Virus record (IMG/VR): IMGVR_UViG_3300020576_005257
Span: 32,001-96,000 of that record
Direction: 5' to 3' (one strand)
Source: a virus
Taxonomy: Duplodnaviria; Caudoviricetes
DNA: 64,000 bases
Shown: positions 1 to 9,212 of the stretch, piece by piece
How the letters are laid out: the number at the start of each line of letters is the position of its first letter
Numbering within the stretch: the first letter of the stretch is position 1
The notes under the pieces: model-generated
Database searches by the model: none
What the model was told of the DNA's origin: nothing
The model's input: the letters and a program-made list of their open reading frames with translations, nothing else
Made by a program: the position numbers and the translations under genes

Positions 1-1
1 T

Positions 2-127
2 AACTCAACAGAAAAATATTTTCAAGTATTTCCTCAATTTTTTGATGTAGATATTATTCGTTTTATAAATAAGAAATACTGTTACTCAACTGTTCTTGAA
101 CAGTTTATTTTTTTAGATGACTTATAA
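2..127 (+). CDS. 3' part of small aromatic-rich hypothetical protein (5' truncated by window edge)
   Basis: Frame open from 2 to TAA at 125-127 (..KKYCYSTVLEQFIFLDDL*). The YxTVLEQF ending matches the next ORF (YDTVLEEF). Not in the ORF track. Confidence 0.6.
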   Translation, partial: NSTEKYFQVFPQFFDVDIIRFINKKYCYSTVLEQFIFLDDL

Positions 128-284
128 AATATTTGGAAATAGCTGGCCTTCATTTGACTACTATAAAATTGACTTACTAGATAGTAAGTCAATTTTTGTT
201 TCTAGAAATAGGAAACATTTCATTTTGTTTACCTTATCTGACCTTTCCTATGATACTGTACTAGAAGAGTTTTATATGATATGA
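117..284 (+). CDS. small aromatic-rich hypothetical protein (55 aa)
   Basis: Own translation MTYKIFGNSWPSFDYYKID...LSYDTVLEEFYMI*. ATGA overlap with the ORF at 281; shares FDY and Y-x3-LEEF motifs with neighbours. Confidence 0.65.
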   Translation: MTYKIFGNSWPSFDYYKIDLLDSKSIFVSRNRKHFILFTLSDLSYDTVLEEFYMI

Positions 285-463
285 AATACATAAAATTTTT
301 TGATCAGCTTTTTGTTGAGACTGTTTTTGATTATCGAACTAAAAGTGATTCTAGATTTTATTTAAATATATATCCTAGTGTCACCATTAAAAACTCAATA
401 AAATTTGAGAAAAACCTAAGTTTTACATATAATTTCTTATTTGAAGAATTTACTTCACCTTAA
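281..463 (+). CDS. small aromatic-rich hypothetical protein
   Basis: 60 aa; FDY and YNFLFEEF motifs of the same mini-family. Confidence 0.65.
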   Translation: MKYIKFFDQLFVETVFDYRTKSDSRFYLNIYPSVTIKNSIKFEKNLSFTYNFLFEEFTSP

Positions 464-513
464 AAAAACATTTTTGTTAACTTTAAATTATTATTAGGAT
501 AAAATAAACTACC

Positions 514-870
514 TTGAAAACTGAGCTACTTAGATCTAAATATACTGAAAGAATCTCTACTCTTGATGATGAAGTAAAGAATGATATCGAAGAATATGTT
601 AATTCTTTAAGACTACTAAACTCTTTACTTATGTCTGAAACCGGTACTGCTAAGTCAAGAAAACTTAGAAGAAGTATGTGGCATGATGGTAAGACAAGAT
701 GGTTTCTTGATGATGTTATCGTTGCAAGAGAAATAGTTGCTGTTAATAACCAATATTACTCTTATGAGATTTATGACCCTTATAAAGAACCAAAACAATT
801 ATGGGTAACTGCTGGAAGTTATAAAGATTTTTGTGAGACTGTTGAAAAGGAATTATTAGAACTAAAATGA
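514..870 (+). CDS. hypothetical protein
   Basis: 118-aa ORF (TTG start); ATGA overlap with next gene. Confidence 0.6.
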   Translation: MKTELLRSKYTERISTLDDEVKNDIEEYVNSLRLLNSLLMSETGTAKSRKLRRSMWHDGKTRWFLDDVIVAREIVAVNNQYYSYEIYDPYKEPKQLWVTAGSYKDFCETVEKELLELK

Positions 871-1595
871 CAATGCAAACTAGGCCACAATTAGCAGGAT
901 ATCCACTCATTTCTCAAACTGTTGGACAACTTATAGCAGGTTGCAATTCATTTGAACAGGAAACTACCCTTCATGAACTGCACAAATACTATACTAGTCC
1001 AGGACGGTACTATCATAATTTAACTCATATAGAGAAAATGCTTGGTTCTTTCTTGTATATATGTGAGTATTTTAAACTTAACGTTTCTTGTGAGACACTT
1101 ATAGCAATACTGTTTCATGATGCTGTTTATAGTATCGGAAAAACTGATAATGAGATCAACTCTGCTAAACTTGCTTTAGATTTTATCGTCAAATATAACA
1201 TTCCAGTCAATTCTGTAATTGTTGAAGAATTTATTTTAGCTACTAAGAACCATTTAATACCAGATAACCCAACACTAAAACCTACTAGTCCTTTCGATTG
1301 GTTAATATTAGATCTAGATCTCGAAATTCTTTCATCTAAAAGATCAGACTATGAACAATTTGGTGCTGATATCTATCGTGAGTATAATGGCTCTGAATAT
1401 CCTTCCACTACCAATCCATCTCACATATCTTATGTAAGAGGTAGAATAAGAGTTTTAACTGGTTATGCAAAACGGAAGGAGTTATATACCTCTCTTCCCT
1501 TCTTCCAGAAAGAAGAAACAGCAAAAGCCAATCTTTGGTGGGAAATCAATTATTGGTCTTCATGGTTGAAGCAAGCAGGATTAGCTGTACAATAA
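867..1595 (+). CDS. HD-superfamily metal-dependent phosphohydrolase (COG4339-like)
   Basis: RYYHNLTHI...LFHDAVY...NEINSA...ILATKNH...LDLDLEIL...IYREY motif series. Confidence 0.85.
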   Translation: MTMQTRPQLAGYPLISQTVGQLIAGCNSFEQETTLHELHKYYTSPGRYYHNLTHIEKMLGSFLYICEYFKLNVSCETLIAILFHDAVYSIGKTDNEINSAKLALDFIVKYNIPVNSVIVEEFILATKNHLIPDNPTLKPTSPFDWLILDLDLEILSSKRSDYEQFGADIYREYNGSEYPSTTNPSHISYVRGRIRVLTGYAKRKELYTSLPFFQKEETAKANLWWEINYWSSWLKQAGLAVQ

Positions 1596-1608
1596 AAAAC
1601 TAGTAACA

Positions 1609-2022
1609 ATGGAAAAAGAAAAAATGATTTTTGTGTTTGATTCTAATTTAAAGGGTGTCGAAAGTAAAGGCAATGCCCAAATAGCTCGGGAACACTTCGG
1701 TGCTGATCCTAAGGTAGTTACTGGGCGTTCTGGTAACTCTTATGCTATTCCTACCAAGGATAAGCATCTTGCTACTCTTAACGTCGATAGAATTATGCCC
1801 TATGTTGAGGAGTTTAAGGAATATGCTAAAGCAAATCCTGATACTACTTTTATAGTTACAAAAATTGGTACTGGTTTACTAGGTCATTATGATCAAGCAA
1901 TAGCTACTTTATTTAAAGGAGCACCTAGAAACTGTTCTTTTCACTTTACTTGGAAACCATTTCTCACTACTGAAAATGATCCTTTTAAAGGTGATTACAA
2001 CTACTATTCTAAAATAGCATAA
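1609..2022 (+). CDS. macrodomain-like phage protein (IFVFGSN-type family)
   Basis: IFVFDSNLKG...GNSYAIPTK...FIVTKIGTGLLG; the last segment resembles the macro-fold IGxGxxG loop. Confidence 0.7.
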   Translation: MEKEKMIFVFDSNLKGVESKGNAQIAREHFGADPKVVTGRSGNSYAIPTKDKHLATLNVDRIMPYVEEFKEYAKANPDTTFIVTKIGTGLLGHYDQAIATLFKGAPRNCSFHFTWKPFLTTENDPFKGDYNYYSKIA

Positions 2023-2735
2023 TGATTAAAATACAGAGAGTTGGGGATATTCCTGTATTTCTTATCACCGATCAACATCTTTACCACGATAACATCAGAA
2101 AGTTTGAAGGTAGACCAGAAAACTTTGAAGCTACAATTTTAAAGTCTTTATCTAAACTACCTGAAGAGTCTATTTTAATAGACCTTGGCGATATTATCTT
2201 TGGTGACAAAACTGAAGATCTAAAGAAGTTTATATCCGTATGTCCTAGTAGAACTAAGGTTCTATGTATAGGTAACCATGATCGCAAAAGCTACTCGGCT
2301 TATTTAAGAGCGGGGTATAATTTTGTATGCGAGCATTTTTACTGGCCGGGGATTCTTTTCAGTCATAGGCCTATAGCTAGAGAATACTGGCCAGAAGGAT
2401 GTAGGTATAATATCCATGGTCATCTTCATACTAACTATAACCATTATGGTATTTATGGTAATCCTAAAAAGCATGAGGGGCATTTATTAATAGCTCTGGA
2501 AGATATGGGTTATAAAGTTAAACATATTAATGAGATTTTAACTCACCAATTTGGAATTGATTTTATAACTCCTAAGTTTAATCCGACTAAATGGATGATA
2601 TGCCTAGATTCAGACCGACACGTTTTGTACCGCGATCAGCCATATGATACTTATGCTGAAGCTAATAAAACAGCTAAAGAGTTAACTAAAACTCTTGGTC
2701 AAAAATATGTAATTTTTGATATCCCGGCAGAATAG
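2022..2735 (+). CDS. calcineurin-like metallophosphoesterase
   Basis: TDQHLYH, LGD, GNHD, SHRP and IHGHLH motifs. Confidence 0.9.
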   Translation: MIKIQRVGDIPVFLITDQHLYHDNIRKFEGRPENFEATILKSLSKLPEESILIDLGDIIFGDKTEDLKKFISVCPSRTKVLCIGNHDRKSYSAYLRAGYNFVCEHFYWPGILFSHRPIAREYWPEGCRYNIHGHLHTNYNHYGIYGNPKKHEGHLLIALEDMGYKVKHINEILTHQFGIDFITPKFNPTKWMICLDSDRHVLYRDQPYDTYAEANKTAKELTKTLGQKYVIFDIPAE

Positions 2736-2762
2736 TCTGCCCAACTAGTTAAACTAAGGGAG

Positions 2763-3197
2763 GTGAGTACTATGTACTTTACTTTAATATTAAGTATGCT
2801 TATTCCTACATATGTTCAGGAAGCACAACTTACAACTAAACTTACAGGCAGAGAGCCTGTAGTTATTCGTAAAGAGAAGGTGAAAAAAGTAGTTTTGCAA
2901 GCTGCTGCCGTCTCAAAAACCAAAACTGCTCTAGTCATCAAGAAAGATACTAAGCAGATTTATGCTATATTGGAGATTGTTAAGAAAGAATCTACTTACA
3001 ATCCATATGCACAAAACCCATCTTCAACTTCATCCGGTTTAAACGGATTTTTGAATAGTACTTGGAAGGGTGTAGACTTGAAAAAAAGCTATGATCCTTT
3101 AGTACAAATGGAAGCTATGTTTCGATATATTGATAATCGATATAAAGGCTACCCAACCCATGCTTTGACCTTTCATATTAGAAATGGATGGTATTAG
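2763..3197 (+). CDS. lytic transglycosylase-like (lysozyme-fold) protein with N-terminal hydrophobic segment
   Basis: KESTYNPYAQNPSSTSSGL..FLNSTW...DPLVQ...YIDNRY...GWY; catalytic-type ES motif. Confidence 0.8.
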   Translation: MSTMYFTLILSMLIPTYVQEAQLTTKLTGREPVVIRKEKVKKVVLQAAAVSKTKTALVIKKDTKQIYAILEIVKKESTYNPYAQNPSSTSSGLNGFLNSTWKGVDLKKSYDPLVQMEAMFRYIDNRYKGYPTHALTFHIRNGWY

Positions 3198-3209
3198 AAA
3201 CAAAAATAA

Positions 3210-3584
3210 ATGAACTATCTTTTGTTGCCTGAACAGGCTAACCTGCTTAAGAATAAATTAGAAAAACTAATTAAAGAACATAAATTTGAGATTTTATGTC
3301 TTGATAATCCTCCACCCAGTACATGGGTTAAAGTAGGAGCTGGTTTATTCTCGTATACCCTTTGGGATCTACTAATCTTTCCTGACGTAGTTAAGGATAA
3401 ATTAGTAAATGATATAGTTAATCTAAAAAACCAATTTGGTAATAACATTGGTTGTTACGCTTTGGATCCTGTTGACTTTGAAGGTGTCGTATTCAAATTT
3501 GAGTGTTATAGGCAAATTACTCAAAAAGATCGATTTTCTCCAGAAAAGGAGATAGGTAAAAAGAAAACTTATCACTCTAGGTGA
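3210..3584 (+). CDS. hypothetical protein
   Basis: 124-aa ORF in a tightly packed operon. Confidence 0.6.
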   Translation: MNYLLLPEQANLLKNKLEKLIKEHKFEILCLDNPPPSTWVKVGAGLFSYTLWDLLIFPDVVKDKLVNDIVNLKNQFGNNIGCYALDPVDFEGVVFKFECYRQITQKDRFSPEKEIGKKKTYHSR

Positions 3585-3928
3585 AATATATGTTTAGTGC
3601 TTCTAATCCTGATTCTTCGATACCCGTGAACTTTGACTTTCCTCTTTGTGGTTTGGAAAATGACATTCCTGATAAACTATTTTTAGTAGTAAGAATGCCC
3701 AATTTTCTAGCTACCAAAGCTCATGATCATAAGATCATGCTTCCTTGTTTTCAAAGCGAGGAGCTAGGAAAAGATTATGTAGCCAACGAGTATCCAAGAC
3801 ATCAAGAACAATTTCACTTTACTGAAGTTAGTTTTGAAGATGCAAGACAAATCGCAAAAAACTTAAAACAAACAGTAGCATTGTTGGTATATAACAAAGA
3901 AGGTCAAACAATCCATTATGTCAAGTAA
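3581..3928 (+). CDS. hypothetical protein
   Basis: 115-aa ORF overlapping both neighbours. Confidence 0.6.
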   Translation: MKYMFSASNPDSSIPVNFDFPLCGLENDIPDKLFLVVRMPNFLATKAHDHKIMLPCFQSEELGKDYVANEYPRHQEQFHFTEVSFEDARQIAKNLKQTVALLVYNKEGQTIHYVK

Positions 3929-4265
3929 AACAGAAAAAGCACCATTACTACAGAAGAAGAAAGATAACTTCTATACTCTTCTATACAATCCAGGATTCGG
4001 TCCTCTCTTCCCAGAACAAGACACTTTGTTTTTGTTTAAGGAAGCTATGGAAAGTAATGAGCCTGATTATGCCCATATTTATGAAGAAATTCAGCCTGGT
4101 GATCAGATCCTGGTAGAGCTGGATTTAGAGCATGAGTTTGTTAAGCAAATTCTGGCAACTGGTGCTGAAAGCTTTGTGAACTATGTTCCAACTGTCTATG
4201 TCTTTAATACTGCTAAATCTCCTGATCCTGAGATTAATCTAAAAGCTGCAAGGAGATGCGTTTAA
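3918..4265 (+). CDS. hypothetical protein
   Basis: 115-aa ORF. Confidence 0.6.
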   Translation: MSSKTEKAPLLQKKKDNFYTLLYNPGFGPLFPEQDTLFLFKEAMESNEPDYAHIYEEIQPGDQILVELDLEHEFVKQILATGAESFVNYVPTVYVFNTAKSPDPEINLKAARRCV

Positions 4266-4290
4266 GCATCTAAGAAGGAAATTAGAAAAA

Positions 4291-4707
4291 ATGAATAAAT
4301 TTATTATTCTGGCGTTTGCTCTAGCAGTTAGTACAACTGCTATGGCCACTTCTACTAAGACTGATACAAGTCTTAATCTGAAACTTAGTTCGTTCACCGA
4401 ACTTGATAAGGGTCATCGAACATCTATCGGACTTACTTTAGATGTAGCTCGATATGATCGATTCTCAGCTGGCTTGTTTGCTGGCTTTGATTCTGATGTT
4501 TGGTTGAATACACTAAGAAATCCAGGACAGAAGAACTGGTTTGACGGTCAGTCAGCTAGTGTTGGCCCAGTAATTAGCTACACAGTTGGTCAATGGGGAA
4601 ATCTCTCAGTTGATCTTGCTGGAGGGTATCTTGGAACTATGAGAACTCTTGAAATTCCAAAACACGGTAAGTGGGTTGCTGGGGTTTCTTTGGGCTTTAA
4701 GTTTTAA
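4291..4707 (+). CDS. secreted small outer-membrane beta-barrel-like protein
   Basis: Sec signal peptide MNKFIILAFALAVSTTAMA; amphipathic beta-strands; C-terminal WVAGVSLGFKF ending in Phe (BAM beta-signal-like). Confidence 0.65.
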   Translation: MNKFIILAFALAVSTTAMATSTKTDTSLNLKLSSFTELDKGHRTSIGLTLDVARYDRFSAGLFAGFDSDVWLNTLRNPGQKNWFDGQSASVGPVISYTVGQWGNLSVDLAGGYLGTMRTLEIPKHGKWVAGVSLGFKF

Positions 4708-4724
4708 TAACTAGGTACGTGACC

Positions 4725-4764
4725 ATGGGGGTTAGCCTAATAAGCTTCCCCCATTATTTTTTTT
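4725..4764 (+). terminator. intrinsic terminator
   Basis: ATGGGGG...CCCCCAT stem (4725-4731/4748-4754) followed by TATTTTTTTT, directly after the OMP-like gene. Confidence 0.75.
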
Positions 4765-4770
4765 GCTTCT

Positions 4771-5025
4771 ATGTCAATTTTTATACCCCTCTCTAACATA
4801 CACCTCGTAAAAGCTGAAGGTATATATCAGATTTTTGAGGGATCTAATCCTATTCAAGGAACTAAACATAGAAATGAAGAATTTGCTTTACAAGATTTAG
4901 AGACTTTCACAGAGTTTGCTTCTAATAAACAAGCATTTTCTAGAGCTAAAGATTCTAATGACCCTATAGTCAGATTATCTGTAAAGACTTGGCAGAATCA
5001 CCTTAATAGGTTTTATAAAAACTAA
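4771..5025 (+). CDS. hypothetical protein
   Basis: 84-aa ORF. Confidence 0.55.
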   Translation: MSIFIPLSNIHLVKAEGIYQIFEGSNPIQGTKHRNEEFALQDLETFTEFASNKQAFSRAKDSNDPIVRLSVKTWQNHLNRFYKN

Positions 5026-5074
5026 CTATGGTTAGCTCCTCGCTAACTGTCCATTTATGGAGTTAATTTAATTT

Positions 5075-5551
5075 ATGTCAACAAATAATGATATTCTTGA
5101 ACAATACGGGGCAGCAATTTACAATGCAATGAATGCCAGAAACATTACTCTGGCTCAGATGGCCTTCTTGACCAAGACCTCACCTCGAAGCTTCGCTAGA
5201 GTGAGAGATGGTGAAGTCGCACCGCCAGCAGCAGTTATTGAGATTGTTAATAACATCTTCAATGATAAGTCCATCGCTAAGCTCGGTCAGCAGATCGTAA
5301 CTCAATATGGGGAGAAAGGATCTTCCAGAACTCCTATGGGTAGTAGATCTAGTTATGCAACTAGAGTAGCACACAAGTTTGCTGATACTGCTTACATTGC
5401 CAATACAAGTAATTCTCTTCCTTTCGATGCTCATAAAGTAGCTAGTATTCTAGGTGTTAACTATAACAAGTTAATCTTGGCTATTACACAAGCTACTGAG
5501 GCAGTTGGAAAGAAGATTACTGAAGTAACTAGAGTCAATACTAGTCGCTAA
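5075..5551 (+). CDS. XRE/Cro-like helix-turn-helix protein
   Basis: YGAAIYNAMNARNITLAQMAFLTKTSPRSFARVRDGEVAP fits an XRE HTH; possible second HTH (AHKVASILGVNYNKL). Confidence 0.7.
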   Translation: MSTNNDILEQYGAAIYNAMNARNITLAQMAFLTKTSPRSFARVRDGEVAPPAAVIEIVNNIFNDKSIAKLGQQIVTQYGEKGSSRTPMGSRSSYATRVAHKFADTAYIANTSNSLPFDAHKVASILGVNYNKLILAITQATEAVGKKITEVTRVNTSR

Positions 5552-5605
5552 AAAAACCTTGGTTGGGGTAGGTTTACTTGCCCCAACCAGATTAGGAAAT
5601 GCCCT

Positions 5606-6286
5606 ATGAACAACCCAAAAATTAAAGTTAACGTGACCAATGCAAAACGGCTCCGAGCTGCTATCCAAGATCCTGCTCATGAAGCATCTTTACCAGCTAA
5701 TCAGGCAGGTTTTATTGCAGAAGCTTACAAAGAAGCTGACAAGACTGTAGAACCTGTACCAAATACTCCTGAGGTTGCTACTCCAGTTTCTGATCCCAGA
5801 TATGACCAATTGCTTCAACAACTGTTAGCTTTAACAGCTTTGCCCATAGCTTCCACTACTAAGATTCCCATTGATCCTAAAGGTACTACTAAAACTTTAG
5901 CTGAGATCTTTATTGATCTTATTTCAGGACGATCAGTTATGGTGGTTGATCTGGAAATGGAAGTAGCTAAGAAGGCCACTACTAATAAGGACATCACTGA
6001 AGGACTTATTAACAATTCTCCTTTCTATAGTCAGAAGACTCTAGAAGAGATTGCTACAATGATGATTGAATCTGGTCTTGTAGAACCAGGTTCTAGTATT
6101 GAAATTGTAGACCCACTAGCTACTTATTTAAGGCCTACTGCTGAATCTATTGCAGTAGCTGGTAAGTTTACAGAGATGATGAACAATAAGTGGCCTTCTT
6201 TTGCTGCTGATGGTATTGATATTTTCTCATATTCATTAGCACAGATGGGAACTTATTTACAAGAAAAGGGCTACAAACCGAAGTAA
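5606..6286 (+). CDS. hypothetical protein
   Basis: 226-aa ORF with genome-typical codon use. Confidence 0.65.
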   Translation: MNNPKIKVNVTNAKRLRAAIQDPAHEASLPANQAGFIAEAYKEADKTVEPVPNTPEVATPVSDPRYDQLLQQLLALTALPIASTTKIPIDPKGTTKTLAEIFIDLISGRSVMVVDLEMEVAKKATTNKDITEGLINNSPFYSQKTLEEIATMMIESGLVEPGSSIEIVDPLATYLRPTAESIAVAGKFTEMMNNKWPSFAADGIDIFSYSLAQMGTYLQEKGYKPK

Positions 6287-6347
6287 AGATTAGGGGGAAT
6301 TTAAAAACTTTATTGGTGTAACAACCAGAGGTTTATAAGATAGAAAA

Positions 6348-6872
6348 ATGTCAGTAATTCCCCCAAAATCAAATTATTATTTTAGGCCAAAAGATGGACA
6401 ATTCCAGGTTTGGCCTACTGATAAGTATGGTGAAACAGCTGCTGTTGTAACTGGAGTACTTTTAGGTGTCTGTTTAAGGCAAGATGAAGGTACTCCTAAG
6501 CAAAAAGGAAAAGTAGCTGTAGAGCCTTACACCTCTTTTGAAGTATCACTTAAGGATCCAGAGAAAAATGAATATTATGTGATTAAGTCAAAGAGTACAA
6601 TCAACTTCTCAAAGTTTCTTTGTTCAGCATTAGTGAACATAGAACCAGGAACTCCTCTTCAAATTAGTGTTAGACCTGGTACAGAGCAACCTAAAGTTAC
6701 TCTAGTACAAGTTCATGCTCAGTATGAAGATAACGGTCCTTGGCAAATTATTCTTTCTAACAGATTTGAAGGCGATCAAGATGAATTTCTTGAAATGGTT
6801 AAGAATCTTCCAGCCTATAAAGAATGGACAAAGAAAGAAGAAACACCAGCAGTTGAACTAACAGAAGGTTAA
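6348..6872 (+). CDS. hypothetical beta-rich protein with acidic tail (possible OB-fold ssDNA-binding protein)
   Basis: Strand-rich sequence and acidic C-terminus (EETPAVELTEG). Function is inferred only. Confidence 0.4.
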   Translation: MSVIPPKSNYYFRPKDGQFQVWPTDKYGETAAVVTGVLLGVCLRQDEGTPKQKGKVAVEPYTSFEVSLKDPEKNEYYVIKSKSTINFSKFLCSALVNIEPGTPLQISVRPGTEQPKVTLVQVHAQYEDNGPWQIILSNRFEGDQDEFLEMVKNLPAYKEWTKKEETPAVELTEG

Positions 6873-6903
6873 ATAAAGGGGTCTACCTGCCCCTACCACT
6901 ACT

Positions 6904-7539
6904 ATGAGAATATACCACGGAGCTATTAGAGCATCAAAGGATTTAGATTTGACTAATCCCCTAGACAAAGACTTTGATGATCTTTGTAAATATTTAAAAG
7001 TTTTCTTTCCTGTAAACTTTATACCTAAACAATGTACCATTGAGTTTTATGATGATGTCTTGTTTCGAAGACCAGAGATCTTTACTTTAACCAGACAGAT
7101 TCCAGCTAAATACTTTGATTATGGATACATTGAAATTTATAAGGGTCTTGCTTACTGCATATATTTTCCTGATCAGGAAAATTTAACTATATATACTGTA
7201 CATAAATCTACTTATGTAAACTATTTGCAATCTCTGAAAGGAGAGTTTGATTTAGAAGAGTGTATTAATAGACTACCTAAGGATAATGATTGGATTTTTC
7301 TTTGTTCTAATTACTGTGAGACTTTAACAGGAACTGGGAATAAGATACATCCTTGTCCTCAAAGTTATCCTAGATCATTCCCCCTTTATTGTCAAACTAC
7401 TTTCTATAGAAAACTAGTTGCTTATGGTATTACTGCTAAAGGTATGAGATCTGTAATGACAATAATGAAAGAAACAGATAATAAAGTTTTAAACAAAACT
7501 GAAATACTTCCTGGAAAATCTGATTATTTTATGAAATAA
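6904..7539 (+). CDS. conserved-Cys paralog family member 1 (putative E2-like fold)
   Basis: YKGLAYCIYF...YVNYL...WIFLCSNYCE...PCPQSYPRSFPLYCQTTFYRKL. Paralogy is clear; the E2 call is inference. Confidence 0.45.
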   Translation: MRIYHGAIRASKDLDLTNPLDKDFDDLCKYLKVFFPVNFIPKQCTIEFYDDVLFRRPEIFTLTRQIPAKYFDYGYIEIYKGLAYCIYFPDQENLTIYTVHKSTYVNYLQSLKGEFDLEECINRLPKDNDWIFLCSNYCETLTGTGNKIHPCPQSYPRSFPLYCQTTFYRKLVAYGITAKGMRSVMTIMKETDNKVLNKTEILPGKSDYFMK

Positions 7540-7543
7540 AAAT

Positions 7544-8161
7544 ATGGATATGTATCACGGTGAGATTGTTGAAAAATTTTCTTTGGATTTAAATAATCCA
7601 ATAGATAAAAGTTTCCAGGAGCTTTGTTCATTTTTAGGTAATATATTCAAAGCAGAACAAACATTATCTAGAGTTCAAATCATTTTTTCTGATAGTGTTT
7701 TAGATGGGGAAGATTTTACAGAATTACGAAGAATTCCCTTCTCAAAACATGATGCTGAAGGTTATGGTTTAATCTTTGCTGGCACAGCATATGGTTTGAA
7801 ATTTACTCAATCAGCTATTTGTGCTTATGCAGTACACAAGCTACATTATAAAACCTACTTAGAATCTTTTGACGATCTTAATGTAGAGGAATTAATGTCT
7901 ATCTTACCTAAAGATAGTGACTGGGTTTTTCTAGCTGGAAATTACTGTGAGGTATTAAGAGGTAGCGAGGATGAAGTTTATCCCTGCCCAATGTCAAATC
8001 CTATCTCCTTCCCAGTATATTGTCAGACTACCTTATTAAGAAAACTATCAACTTGTGGTATTAAATCTACAGGACTTTCTTCAGTTATGCACATTTATGA
8101 TAGTGATGATGAATTAGTTAAAACTGAAGTTGAACCTGGGTTTAATGACAATTTTTGGTAA
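7544..8161 (+). CDS. conserved-Cys paralog family member 2 (putative E2-like fold)
   Basis: FAGTAYGLKF...WVFLAGNYCE...PCPMSNPISFPVYCQTTLLRKL; close paralog of 6904. Confidence 0.45.
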   Translation: MDMYHGEIVEKFSLDLNNPIDKSFQELCSFLGNIFKAEQTLSRVQIIFSDSVLDGEDFTELRRIPFSKHDAEGYGLIFAGTAYGLKFTQSAICAYAVHKLHYKTYLESFDDLNVEELMSILPKDSDWVFLAGNYCEVLRGSEDEVYPCPMSNPISFPVYCQTTLLRKLSTCGIKSTGLSSVMHIYDSDDELVKTEVEPGFNDNFW

Positions 8162-8352
8162 AAAACCAATGTGTGTTAATTAATAGATATTTAAAGCAAC
8201 AGAAAAAAAAAGGAATTACTTTAGATCTTTTTAAAGTACAAACAATTCCTGTTAAATTGTCTAAGGAACAAATATCTAAAGATAAGAAAAAAGAATATTA
8301 TTGGGATGACTTTGATTGTACTCTCCAATGTGAAGATTATTATAAAAGCTAA
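8155..8352 (+). CDS. hypothetical protein
   Basis: 65-aa ORF; start uncertain. Confidence 0.4.
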   Translation: MVKNQCVLINRYLKQQKKKGITLDLFKVQTIPVKLSKEQISKDKKKEYYWDDFDCTLQCEDYYKS

Positions 8353-8368
8353 GTAATCTACCAAAACT

Positions 8369-8557
8369 ATGAAATATCCTTATAGTGGCCTACTAATTGC
8401 TCAAGAAGCACCAGATTTTAACGATCCTCAGTACCAAAGACTCCAGGATATATTAAATAAAGTTTCTTTTCTTGAGACTTTTACAATACAAAAAATTACC
8501 AAAATGGGTGCAGCACCTAAAGTGTTAGCACATGGCAAGGGAAAAACTAATGCATAA
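8369..8557 (+). CDS. truncated N-terminal paralog of the conserved-Cys family
   Basis: YPYSGLL...PDFNDPQYQRLQDILNKVSFLETFTI aligns with the N-terminus of 8532 (SYCGLV...PDLEETDELQRLRDLVKRLSNIDHFII). Confidence 0.55.
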   Translation: MKYPYSGLLIAQEAPDFNDPQYQRLQDILNKVSFLETFTIQKITKMGAAPKVLAHGKGKTNA

Positions 8558-9212
8558 ATCTTATTGTGGACTAGTCTTAAAGTCTTGGCCTGATTTAGAA
8601 GAAACAGACGAACTTCAACGTTTGAGGGATCTTGTCAAACGTTTATCTAATATTGATCATTTTATTATTGAGGAAGCTATTTTATTAGCTGGACAGTATC
8701 AAAGAAAACGCCCTTTGTGGTATACCAAGCATACTTTAGTTAATACTAAAGGAGTAAAAGAAAGCTTACTTAGAACTGTATCCAAAAATTTTCAACAAGA
8801 TTCTAGTTATTATGGTGACTTGTTTAATTTTAATGAAAAAGGTTCAAAAGTCAGTGCTATGTATTTTGGTAAAGTTTACTCTTTAACATCAATGTATAGC
8901 TCAATTTTTGTTGTAACTAGAAAAAACTATTTAGAGTTTATTGCTGCTGTTGGTTCTCCAAATATCGAAGAAGTAGAGCGGCTTGTACCTGATTTTGAGT
9001 TCCTTCCAATTGATCAATCTTGGTGTTTATTGGCTCCAGGATTTAGTGCTGTGGATGAGCATGTTGCTATGTCACCAATATTATGTCCTATATCATTAGA
9101 AACATTTATTTATACTTATTATTTACAACAACAAATGAGATACAGCGGTAATAATCTTGTTAAAAAAGGAGTTATTTATGCAGATGCTAAAAATAGAGAA
9201 AGAATCGGTTAA
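8532..9212 (+). CDS. conserved-Cys paralog family member 3 (Cys replaced by Ser)
   Basis: YFGKVYSL...VTRKNYLEFI...WCLLAPGFSA...CPISLETFIYT. Confidence 0.45.
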   Translation: MAREKLMHKSYCGLVLKSWPDLEETDELQRLRDLVKRLSNIDHFIIEEAILLAGQYQRKRPLWYTKHTLVNTKGVKESLLRTVSKNFQQDSSYYGDLFNFNEKGSKVSAMYFGKVYSLTSMYSSIFVVTRKNYLEFIAAVGSPNIEEVERLVPDFEFLPIDQSWCLLAPGFSAVDEHVAMSPILCPISLETFIYTYYLQQQMRYSGNNLVKKGVIYADAKNRERIG

